A stretch of DNA of 64,000 nucleotides, taken from contig LSRY02000033.1 in assembly GCA_001643675.2 (NCBI GenBank), positions 186,001-250,000 on the forward strand. The letters are read 5' to 3'. This document shows, one piece after another, positions 49,304 through 61,700 of the stretch. Numbering within the stretch: position 1 is the stretch's first letter; every line of letters starts with the position of its first letter. The DNA comes from Monocercomonoides exilis PA203 (lineage: Eukaryota > Protista > Preaxostyla). The position numbers and the translations under genes are program-made. Under the pieces are notes generated by a model. That model worked only from the letters and a program-made list of their open reading frames with translations. It did not search any database and had not been told where the DNA came from.

Positions 49304-49814
49304 GACCACAGAGATCAAAAAAAAGAAAACATTAATGGTAAATTTGGGAAGAAATTTTTAGCTTAATGAATTTTGTTCCATTCTCCGCTTTCAAATATAT
49401 TTATCCTTTTTTAAAATTCGTGTGATTATTTTCGATATCATATTTTTTCTGTCAAAAATTTCGGTTAAAAAATTTAAAAAGAATATTCATAAATAGACCC
49501 TGAAACGTGATAGAATATTTTAATTGTGCAGCTTCAATAATATCAAGTCAAACTTTGGCTTTTGAAACGAATGATAAACAATTTATGTTTAAATGACAAT
49601 AATTCAGCAAATGATAATAAATTTTCAAAATAATAATTACACCGAAAATAGTTATGATTTCAATAATAATCACCAATTTTATTCTTTTTTGAACAAGGGA
49701 ATGCCAGATTTATAATGATATGATGGAGAAATAGCTTCGTACAAAACACAGTTTTTTCATCAATGAAAAAATATTCCCCCATTTGTGAAATCCAACATTT
49801 TCTTTTAATACGAT

Positions 49815-49815
<1 letters not shown>

Positions 49816-49877
<62 letters not shown>
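49816..49877 (+). repeat. Poly(T) homopolymer, ~62 nt
   Basis: Uninterrupted run of T. Confidence 0.9.
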
Positions 49878-50001
49878 CGAAAGTATTGAATCAAAATTAA
49901 GATTTGTTGAACAAACAAAAGGAAAACATATAAATTGGCAAATAAACTGTGTGATTTGTGCAACGTTCTGATATGAGATATTTTCATTTTAATTCAAAAA
50001 A

Positions 50002-50964
50002 GGGTCAGTAATTTATCATATCCTCCTTTTTTTCATTGGGACCTAAAATTTTTGGCTCACAGGAGCACTTTAGAAAAAATAAATAACAGGAAACCTTCAA
50101 AATGTTAATATGTGCTATTCCTGAAAATAATTTTTATGTTTTAAATATTAGTGAAAAGATCTGGCGTTTTTTGCTTTATTTTTTAGATCAAAGACTTGCT
50201 CATATTTTCACGAGCTTTTTGTTTTGAGAGTTTTGAGTGTTGTTATTGTTATTGAACATAACTTCTTTATAATTTTTGTTATTTTTCATTGTTTAACACT
50301 TCATTTTTTTATGACTTTTTCTATTTCACTTAATTTCGACAAATTGAAGAATACGTCTGAATTAATAAGTTTTTTCGTTTATTAAAATGAGAAAATATTT
50401 GAATTATCAATAAATAAAGATATAGAAAAGGATGAAAATCCTTAATTTTTTATGATCATGATTATTATGCTCAAAAACTTGTTTATGAGTTTTTTTATTT
50501 CATTTGCTTCAAATCATATTGTTTTATTTCAAAATTTTTGTGATAATCATAACGTTCATTTTTCCAACTATTTTTCAACATTTACAAACATAACAATTCA
50601 ATTATCACCACAAAATCTTTAATTTGTCGAAATTAAGTGAAATAGAAAAAGTCATAAAAAAATGAAGTGTTAAACAATGAAAAATAACAAAAATTATAAA
50701 GAAGTTATGTTCAATAACAATAACAACACTCAAAACTCTCAAAACAAAAAGCTCGTGAAAATATGAGCAAGTCTTTGATCTAAAAAATAAAGCAAAAAAC
50801 GCCAGATCTTTTCACTAATATTTAAAACATAAAAATTATTTTCAGGAATAGCACATATTAACATTTTGAAGGTTTCCTGTTATTTATTTTTTCTAAAGTG
50901 CTCCTGTGAGCCAAAAATTTTAGGTCCCGATGAAAAAAAGGAGGATATGATAAATTACTGACCC
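50002..50964. mobile_element. Foldback element B (963 bp; 344-bp inverted arms)
   Basis: 50002-50345 is the reverse complement of 50621-50964 with one mismatch seen near 50037. The terminus is GGGTCAGTAATTTATC. Confidence 0.9.
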
Positions 50965-51798
50965 TATCCATTAATTCGATAATTATTGCGACGTTCAGAG
51001 TTATATTCGGAAATAAAATAATTTTTTTATTTCGTATTCTCGTTTCATTTTAATTTCAAAATTTGTCCAAAACTTGAAACAATCGTTCACTCAGCAACTG
51101 TTCAAATTATAAATCATTTGACAATCCTCATCATATGCAAACTTGTCACAAACACTCATAACAACTTTTTTCTTAATGAAATTCTTGTTATATTCACAGA
51201 TGATTGGATCAATTTATTAATTTGATAAGTTTTCAATACTTCCTTTCCACTTTCACATGAATGTTCAAATTCACATGATATGTTTTAATATCCATTCTTG
51301 AAATTTTTTGTTAGAAGTTGCTGAAAAAAGACCAAAATATTCGATTTTTTTGTTTCACATAGAAAAATTTCGTCACTTTTATTTTAAAATTTCGCACATT
51401 TGATAAGTTTTTTTTGATGAAAACCTTTGAACAGTCTTTCTTGTGTTTCAATTTTTAAAAATATGTCAGGACTTATATACTTCTCCATGCAGCATGGTTA
51501 TTCAATCTGTATCGATGATGAACGTTGAAAAACGCTTTATCTTTCAAGAATTAATGAAAGAATTGAACAATTGAGGAAAAAATAACGAAAATTGTTTGAG
51601 TTACACAAAAAGATGTCTACAAATACATATCGGCTAAACAATCGAAAAATAAGAATTTCAATTTAACAAAAACTCCATTTATAAAGACATTCTTAAAGGT
51701 GCTGGTAAATCAATCAAAAGAATATTTGTGAAACAACTGAAAATAACTACTCATGTTTATTAACAATCAAACGAAGCAAACAATCAAAAATTGAAATA

Positions 51799-52777
51799 GG
51801 GTCATATTTTTATTAGTACCCCGTTTTTTATTAGATCCTATTTTTTTTTCCTCATATTGCTTTATATAGAAGCTAATACGCAATGAGAATAATTTTAAAA
51901 CAAATGATATATTATTATAAGGTTGTATACCAAATCTTTTTGGAAATCATTTCTTTTAAAAAAAGATCCGAATTTTTTAAGTTTTATTTTTTGATCAATG
52001 TTTTGCTCGTGTTTCCACGAGTTTTTGAAACCAAGCATTTTCCTTGTTAGCATTGTTTTTAAACTTTTCTTTTTAACATTTTTGGTTATTTTTCAACTTG
52101 AGGAATTCTTTTTTTTCAACAGTTTTCACACCTTTCCTTTTTTTTGTAAAACTGAAATATTTTCAAAAGAAATTATTAATAATAAATTTCCTTGTATTTA
52201 GTTGATGTAATATAATGAACAATATCGTTTATGTAAAAATTCTTTGGAAATTTTATGTGTACAAAAAGGAAAACGTGAAAAACGAAATATCATCTTTTTC
52301 ATTTTTTGAATGAAACACTTTTTAATTTCATTTCTCACCACTTTTATTATTTAAAACACTAATTTATTTATTTAACACGAATGATTATTTTATTAAATAA
52401 CAGCGTATTCGTTCATAATTTCAATTTTTCGAAAAAAAGATGAGGTGTGAAAACTGTTGAAAAAAAAGAATTCCTCAAGTTGAAAAATAACCAAAAATGT
52501 TAAAAAGAAAAGTTTAAAAACAATGCTAACAAGGAAAATGCTTGGTTTCAAAAACTCGTGGAAACACGAGCAAAACATTGATCAAAAAATAAAACTTAAA
52601 AAATTCGGATCTTTTTTTAAAAGAAATGATTTCCAAAAAGATTTGGTATACAACCTTATAATAATATATCATTTGTTTTAAAATTATTCTCATTGCGTAT
52701 TAGCTTCTATATAAAGCAATATGAGGAAAAAAAAATAGGATCTAATAAAAAACGGGGTACTAATAAAAATATGACCC
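51799..52777. mobile_element. Foldback element C (979 bp; 335-bp inverted arms)
   Basis: 51799-52133 is the reverse complement of 52443-52777. The terminus is GGGTCATATTTTTATTAGTACC. It explains the mirror-image ORF pair 51998(+) / 52578(-). Confidence 0.9.
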
Positions 52778-52786
52778 CACATACAT

Positions 52787-52873
52787 AAAAACTTAAAAAG
52801 CAAAAAAAAAGAAAAAGAAAAAAAGAAAAAAAAGGAAAAAAAAAAGGAAAAAAAAAAAACTTAAAAAGCAAAA
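52787..52873 (+). repeat. Degraded poly(A) tract flanked by ~19-bp direct repeats
   Basis: AAAAACTTAAAAAGCAAAA occurs at 52787-52805 and 52855-52873, around an A-rich (A)nG tract. Confidence 0.6.
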
Positions 52874-53691
52874 TTTGATAATTCAAAAAATGCATCAAGT
52901 CACAATGGCTAAAGTTGTCATCAGGAAAGAAAAAAAAAATAAGACAGAATATAATAGTTTTTATTTTATATTATTTTTTTATGATGCTGATGCTCAAATT
53001 GAGAAACAGAGTTTTGTTTAGAAAAAAAAATGTTAAAAGAATTCAAAAAGATTTATTTTATTTTATCAGTCCCATAATATTTGAGATAATAATTTTTTGT
53101 TATTAATTTATTGAATTGGAGAAACAGTATAAGATGCTTGATGTGATTAACTAGAGTATAAATTAGAGGGTTACATGTTTGTTGAAGATGGAAGACAATA
53201 TTCAAAAAGATGTTAAAAAGTTGCTCTTTTATTGTCGGAACTTCACTTCTATATAGCAAGTGTTTCTATAAAAACACTCTCCGTGTTACAAAAGGCACAA
53301 CAAAAAAGTATGAACAAGAAGCAAATAATATCGGAAAATTATTGTCAGATTAGAGAGTGACAAAAGAAAAGATGCAAACATTGTATAATTTTTGCTCCTT
53401 TTCAGAAAATTCAACAAACCATAAGGACACGTGTAAAGCAGATGAAAGAAGCAATGTTTTTTTTTGACGTGTTTTTCAATTGCTATCAATTTTGGAAGAA
53501 TGATGTTCAGAAAAGAATTCAAGAGATGATTTTTATGAAATGAAGAAATCTTGCAGCTGAAGGAAATTGTTGCTCCAAAAGACATATTCGATAATGTTTT
53601 GCAGGTAAGTAAATCACTTTTATAAGGATTTTATTTTGTTCAATTCCAACAAAAAAGGAAAAAGAAGAAAAGAAAAGAAAAAGAAAAGAAA

Positions 53692-54127
53692 AAGAAAAGA
53701 AAATGAAAGAATGCACATTTAGGTGGCTTGGAAGGATTCAAATACAAAGAAAAGAAAACGTCATTGAATTGAAACAAAAAACTCAGGCGAAGAGAATTTT
53801 TGACAAACAACAAGTGATGAAAAGAGCTTTGCATTCTTCAAAGGCAATTACAATGTTTTTACAGATGCAGATTGAACAAAAAGAAAACGAAAATCGCAAG
53901 AGTTTCTGGGATGGAGGCAAAGAGCAAGATCAAGTTAACAATGAAGAATGCGAAATGAGACAAGCAAATCCGACTCGTCCATGACTACCAATTGTCCACC
54001 GATGATGCTCCTTTCCTCGTCATCAAAAGCCATCACATCCATCTGCAAAAGAATAATTGATATCCCAAAGCAATTTATCTGTGGAAACTTCATCAGCTTC
54101 TTGAGACCAGTGACTTCAACAAAAAAT

Positions 54128-54162
<35 letters not shown>

Positions 54163-55729
54163 CTTTCTTTACAGACTCTGGGGCTTCGTTCGCATTAAAT
54201 AAAATTACTGAAATTTCAATTTTGCAGTTTCTGCTTTGGAAGTCACAACATTGCGGTTGTCGTGTGGGAAACAGTTCAGCTTATGAGTGTCGAAGAATTG
54301 TCACTTTCAATAGACCTTCCAGATGCATCAGCACGATCCGATAACTGCTCAATATCAACGGCATCAGACATTGTGAGCACAACAGCATCTGCCGGAAAAC
54401 GCACAATAAACACTCTTTTGGCATCGATGAGTGTTGGCCTCGCTGATGGGCAAGTCGCAAAACTCGACATCACACAACCCTTCAAGCTGCTCTCACCAAT
54501 GATTTCAACACTTGGTCTCTCTCCATTGACTATCTTCTGCCCAGCAACTTCGGCTTCGTATTCTCCAAAAGGGATCTGGAGTGTCAGACACTCCCACAAC
54601 ATCATCCCAATTGAGAATGCCACTGACTCCTTTGTTGCATCCATCTTCTTGTTGATCAACAATTCTGGTGCCTTCCATCTCAAGCACTCCTTCCTGTTGT
54701 CTTCATCATCCTCAAAAGCTGATGAGGGAAGAGAGTCATCATCATCATCACTTGCAGAAGTCACAACAGTTGATGATGAGATGGATGATGATGAATCATC
54801 AGACAATAAGTCAGAGTGCATCACAATACAAATCACCATATGTTCTGAGAACAACACAATATGTGGACTCAGATTGGCAAGGGAGGACAGCTCGTCTTCT
54901 TCATTCTCAAATGAATGCAGCGCAAGATTGGCCACCCAGAACAGAATCTGAGCAGCTGTCTGCTCTCTCTCCTGCAAAGTGCCGATCGCCATCTCTTTTG
55001 TCTTATTCCTTCCATGCAATAGCATGAACAATGAATCCCTCAAATCTACAATCAGTTTCTCATGAGGGGATGAACAGGCCATTGCATCCACCAAGTTCGA
55101 CATCGATGAGGTGGTTGGGCACAGACACTCTGATCGAACAAATGTAGAATCTGAATCAGTTGTTGAGGTGGATGAAATGGAAGGTGATGGAGTTCTCTCT
55201 CTTATTTCTTCTTCTTTTTCATCAGCCTTCTCCAATGCCCAATCTGGAATCTTGTCTGAATCTCTCCCAAGAATGTATTCAGTGGAACCACTCTCACTCA
55301 ACAAATGCTCTGAAGATTCTGAATGCCCCAACGTCTTGTCATACACCCTCTTCTTAATCCTCTCATCATTTTTCTTCTCTGCCTCTCTTTCTGCTCTCCT
55401 CCATTGCTCCTCTGGAGACATCTCCATCGTTACCATCTCAAATGCCTTCGGATCTTTTCTGATGTTATCGTTCACAATCTCTCTCAGATCTTCCGCTTCA
55501 TTCTTTGCCTTCTTCCATCGAACCGCCAGAACAACTGCAACAACAAGAATAATCAAAAACAACACAGCTAATATTATCACAATTATTGGCCATATCGATT
55601 TTCCTTCTTTTCCTCCCTCAACAAGATTTCCTTCTCCTTTTGGATCAGTCTCACTTCTGTTCTTCAGAATAAATGAATCAGTGGCCGATGGAGAATCAGC
55701 ATTTCCAAACAAAATGCACACCCTCACTT
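53692..55729. repeat. ~2-kb duplicated block, copy 2
   Basis: Near-identical to 34021-36056. Confidence 0.95.
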
Positions 55730-58700
55730 CTGCTTCACTTGGAACGCCTTCAAATGTATTGACAGGAACAGACCCATGCACCTCTTCTTCTGATATGAAA
55801 CCACTTTCATCAAACAAATTTTTCTCAACCACCTCTTCATCTCCAACAGCAATAACTGTCTTGAACGACAGGTTACAAGGAAGGAGAATTGATCCTCTGA
55901 ACACGAGATTTACCTTCTCCCCTGACTTTTCCGATGACACACTCTCCATCCTCGGGATGAAAAGCGCAGATGCTCTTTCTTTTGCTATTCCTTCCAGTGT
56001 GCATCCTTCTTCCAATATCCATAGCGAGGTGTTGTCTTTCGCTCCATCTCCTCCCTTCAAACTCGTAACTTTCAATTTTGCTGAGTCTCCACACAGAATG
56101 TTTCTTCTTATCGATTCATAATTCGCTATTGACGGATTATTGTTTTCGAATTTCCCATCATATATCTTCACACTTCCACCTGATAAGGAAAGCCCTCCAT
56201 TTTCTGAATTTGCCAGCGTCGAATCCTTCATCAGCCCAGAACAATTTTGAAGATCAATCATCGACCCATTCCACTGACACAGTTCTTCAAATGATTCTTC
56301 GTTGTCTCTCAACTCATGCGTGCTTGCTGCTCCATCAAACACGCAAGAAGATAAGCAAACATCCGATAAATTTGTCAGAGCAGCAATTCTTCCCTTTTCT
56401 GAGGACGAGATGCATTTTTGGTTGGTGTAGTTCTCCAATTCCACCAATAAAGACGAAGGCAAAGACGAAGAAGAAGCAGCTAAACAGCACGGGCCAAACG
56501 AATTTCTGGTTATGTTTTGAAATGAAGACTGCTTCAATCTGAATTCTGAGTCATTTGATTTCACGCTCACTGCACATCCTTCCATAAGCATCGCGTTGGA
56601 AATGGCCAAGGAATTCATTTCGACATTTGCCTCTTCGCATTCAACAGAAATCAAGGATTCCTTTAAAACGTGTGTATCGTCGAATTTCAAGTGGCTGCAT
56701 TGGATGTTTAATTGGCCTCCTGAACCGTCTGAGGAAAGCACAATCAAGCTTGTTTTGCTCTCTGCATTCTTGATTTGAACCTTCTGGAGCTGAGAGTCTT
56801 TGCAGTTCAGAAGGATGAGAGCGGATCGATCAAACATGCAGCTTGAAACAAGCAACTGCTGCATGGACAGGTTTGTGAAATTGCGAAAATCAAATAACTC
56901 TCCACAACTCATATCAGAAATGTTCAGTTCCATTAACAAGCAATATTGTCCGCCTCTTGCTGCCACACACGAAGAGACGAGACAAAGGGAAGCAAAAGTG
57001 CACCAGTTAATCGATAGCCTCCCATTCTCCACGAGAATGATGGAGCAGTTCAATTTCGTTTCAGAGTTTCCAGTCGAATCTTCTTGAGTAAATGCTGTGC
57101 CTGAAATAGACAAGTTGCCATCTGTCAGCGATAACAAGCTGGAATGCGAAGAAGAAAAAGCGCTTCCAAACAAAAATGTTAGAAATTCCATTTTCACATT
57201 CGACGAGCACGTAACAAGACTGTCTGTATTGCTCTCGACGGAGCAGTTCAGGTGGAGCACTCCTTTGTCGCTTTCCTGCTCCAGCGACTTGATCGTCACA
57301 TCGCGAGCTCTTGCTTCCCCTGTCACTTCAGCGCTTTTGTCAGTCAGCAAATTGCTGTAAGCTGAAGGAATGATGTGGGGCAGAGCAACATTCAAGGAAA
57401 TGCAAGGTTCGCTTATTCCACCGCACTGGCGTGAATCGGAGGAGTTGTTGGATGAAGAAGATGCAAAAATCGTCTCGCTCCGATACACAACAACAAGCAG
57501 CAGCAGATCTTGTTCATCAGTATGGTCTTGTGCTGTGCATCCCCACATAGCAAATTCTCGGACAAATGGAGGTCTGAAATCGAGCTGGAAGAGCTCGATG
57601 TTTATTTGAGATTTGATATTTGTGCATCGCACATACAAGTCTCTCCCCTTGAATGCCTTGTTATTCATGAAAGTTGTGTTTTCCAACAGAAAAGGAAGCA
57701 AGCCTTCACTTGTGATCAAAGAGCAATCCAGAAATATTGCTCCTCCCCTTCCAGTCTCCGAGCAGAAGCACTCCGAGACAGCCGAAAAACGGCACTCGAA
57801 AAATCCCCCTTCGTTCAATTTCATTATCATTCCTCCCCCTTTCTCGCTTTGGCTGCTTCCGCAATTCTTGATCAATGTGTTTTGCACAGACACGCTGCAA
57901 GGCTCGCTGCCAGTGCAGCTGATGATGGAGGGCTCAGATGGAGCATTTTGGAGTAGCGAATGGAGCGTGCAGCATTTCAGTTGCACCGTTGTACTGCCGC
58001 CTTCATTCAATCTCTGAGACTCGCCTTTCCACTCAGCCTGAGCCAACACTGCAACAATGCTTTTACCCATCAGTTCCATGTTGTTCATTGAAACATTTGT
58101 CAAGTCAATGCTGCTTCCATGTGATACCATCAGAATGTGTCTTTCGGCTTTGATGGATTGGAACGAGCAGAATGATAATTCGCACGTTCCAAACAGGCAG
58201 GCAACAACACAATAAGGAATGGCTGCCTCAGAAGCGCTGGTGAAGGAGCAGCCTTGAGCTGCAAAGGAGCTGCCAGTTGTGCTTATGAGTTTTGTCTGCT
58301 TCCATTCAGATCCATCCCAGCAACAGATCTCAATGTTAATGAGGGTGCATGTGCCGGTGTTTGTCAGCACAGAATCGCTTTCTTCTTCCTTTCCTGCCTG
58401 AGGTGAAATGGCTGCTCCAAAAGTCAGAGAAGGGCGAGACTTGGCATCAACTGAAGTCACAGTGACGTTTGAAATGTCAACCTCGCTGTTCACCTGAGCT
58501 TCATCGACGATCAAAAATGTGTTCATGCTTGATTGTGCTGGATCTTCCAAAGCACGAAAATGTTTTTGCCCATACTCCATTGTTGAACATGGCTCTTCTG
58601 CACTCCCACATCGGAGAACATCCCACCCGCTGTTCTTGCTGAGATAGATTTCTTGAGATGCAAATCCAATCAGAAATCGGCAAAGATCGAAGTTTGTCTT

Positions 58701-61700
58701 CGTGGTGTCGTTCCCAACGAATAGATTTTTATTTCCCGCTGTCTCGCTAACCTCAAATGCCAATGACTGTTTTGTAATCGAAACATTCAAGTCTGAAGAA
58801 AGAAAGAACATGTTTTTCCCACTCTTTGCAGAGCATTGATCGAAGACTATCTGCTGGAAGGAGAATGCATTGGAAGCAGAGCAGTCGAAATAGACCCCTC
58901 CTCCTTTTCCACCTGTTTCATTTTCGGCACAGCATTTCGTGAATGTGGCGTTTTCCATCGTAAATTGCCCTTGTGCTTCAACAACAACTTTCATCGCGCC
59001 TCCCTCCATGCTCTCAGCGCCTTTGGCGTTCGTGATATTCCAATGCAAACACTCAACCTGGCTTGAAATTGAGGATGAAATTAGCACAGCGCTGTTTGCA
59101 TCGCCGTTGGTGATCCCTGAAAAAGTGCATTGAGTAAGACAGACAGCCTTGTCGCTCGTTGTTCCCTCGTTCAATAGTTTGGATGTTGACGATGGAATCA
59201 CACCAATGAGAGGCTGATCGCCAATGTCTGTGTTCTTCACATTCAACGAAATAATCGTTGTTGGGGTGCTGGCTGTGTTTTCGCTCACTGCGATAGGCGT
59301 ATGCTGGAGATTCGCTGAATTCAACAGGCAGTAGTCCATATTGATGATTCCTCCGCACATATGAAACAGCCTGTAACCTATCTGGCTGACCTCGCCCTGC
59401 TGCATCTCGAATGCACACTTTGTCAACGATAGGTTGCTCTCAGAAGTCAAGAATATTAACGTTTCGATCTCAGCATCAAAAGAAGAAGGAAGCAAAAAGC
59501 GGATCAATTCGATGGATGCATTCCCCGTGGCTGCCATCACTTTTCCAGTCAGAGCATTCAGCGACTTGGCACAAGTCATTTCGGCTTTTGAAGTGTTTGA
59601 TGATCTCAAAATCAAATCGGGATGATTCAGTTCGCTCTCAATTATAGCTGATTTGACGATAGCTATTGCTTTTGCATTTTCCTCTGCCAGCCTCTCCATG
59701 CAATAATCAACAGACTGGCACGGATAATCCGAGAATCCACATACCACAGTATCAGCACCATCCTCGCTTCCCACATGGACTGTGCTCCCAACTTCCTCAA
59801 GAAACAGAACCAACGGAATCGAATGCTCGTGATCATTTCCATTGAACCCACGCAAATCATCAAAGCAGCTATGACCCAGTGCATAAGCAAAAGGAAGCGT
59901 TTCGTTCGTGATCGATTCCTTCAGGTCGGGCGATTGAACAAACAAATCGTTTCCATGCTTCGCTTTGTTTGGCTTTTCTGATGAAAAAGAAGGATCTGTG
60001 ATGGCAAATGCTGAATCTGAGTTCTCAAGATTCAGAAAGATCCCTCCCCCAAATCCCTCCTGCGAATCGAAAGGCGCCTCGCACTCTTCGAAGTAACATC
60101 GAGAAATTGTTGTTGAACATGTGTTTGGTAGCGAGATGAACAGCGCCCCACCTCCATTTCCATCACCAGAAACAATGCAATGCTCAAAAGTGCATTTGTT
60201 TATTGAAGAATCACAGCTATCCTCAAACCCTTCGCTCCACACTGCATTCAGGCATCCTCCGTTCTGCTCGCTCTCAACATTCAAAAAAGAAGCATTCGAA
60301 AGAGAGACAGATTTGCAATCCGACAAAGCAATTGCACAGCCTTGCGAAAATCCAAATCCAGAGACATTCACAAATTTCATCGTTAACGAACCTTCTTCAA
60401 CCTGAATCAAGGATTTTGTTGATGGCAGAGTCGATTGGGAGCTTTTCGCAAAACTGCACAGCTCCAGCTCAAGCAACCCAGAGGAGCCAATTGCAATTGC
60501 AGATCGGTTGAACACACAAACAAATCGAACCATCTTTGCATTCAGCGAACCATTGCCGATGGAGATCAAGCAGTCGTTTGACGAGGCTTCGTGACACTTT
60601 ATTGCAGATGAGTTGTTCTCTGCTCCGCTGAGAACGATATTCCTCCAATCAATTTCAATCATATCTTCTTCGAATTCTTCACTGGTCATAAAAACATTCT
60701 GTCCCAAATATGAATTCCATCTTGTCACCCCATATTCCACCGTTTGGCATTCCGAGCCTGTTCCTCCACAAGTGTTCACATCACTTCCTGAATGACTTAT
60801 GTGTATTTCTGACTGAGGAGATAGAAGATATGAGTCATATGCAACACCGTCATCACCGCATTCCAAAGCATATTTAGCACATAGAACAACTTTTTGAGGG
60901 GCCATAGAATAAGAAAGACAGCAAATGATGTGTTCTGTAATTGTGCTTTCATTATAACAAAAACCAAGAAAAATATCCTTTGCATGGGTTGATTTTTGCA
61001 CTGTATTACTTTCAAACAAGCAAAATTGCGTTTGTAAGTTTTTCAATTCCGTATTGTGGGTTGCGTCAAATCCTCCTGCACCATGTGGAGCATCTCCTTT
61101 GAATAAATAGCAATTTGACATTACAAAATCAAATTTTTGATATTGAAGAAATACAGTTCCAGCAAACCAAATTAACGCTTTACTGTTTTCGAAGACAGAG
61201 TCGTAAATTGATCCACTTCCACCAAGATGCCATGCAACACTTCCTCCATAAGCTGCTGAACAATTTTCAAAAGAACAGCCAAAAATCAAAGAAAATTTAT
61301 TTGCAATGTGGGCAAATGCTCCTCCGATTGATTCTTTTTCCGTTCCTCGGCAATTATTAAATATTGAATTTTCAATGCTGCAATCACTTCCGTTGCTTAA
61401 AATTGCACCACCATATCCATATGTGTTTGGAAACGTATCAGTGCATTTGGTAAATGTGCATTTGTCAACAGTGAGCTTGGCACTGCCGCTAACTGTTATT
61501 GCACCACCATGAACAGCACTGCATTCGGTAAATTTGCAATCTTCGAATTTGATTTCTCCATCTGAAAATGATTGCGTTTTATTTGTGTAGATCTGATGAG
61601 AAATGGTGTTTTTCGAACGAATGAAAGAAGTGTTCGAGGAGCTGAAACCACATCCACGAGAGCCAGAGATGAGAACGCCATAATATGGGCAAACACAATC

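Noticed and set aside
51998-52578. Two nearly identical small ORFs on opposite strands
   Set aside because: A by-product of the inverted arms of foldback element C; T-rich with no coding signal.
53703-54202. Small plus-strand ORFs in the duplicated 3' flank
   Set aside because: The other copy (34033 onward) has a different A-run length that shifts the frame, and there is no motif.
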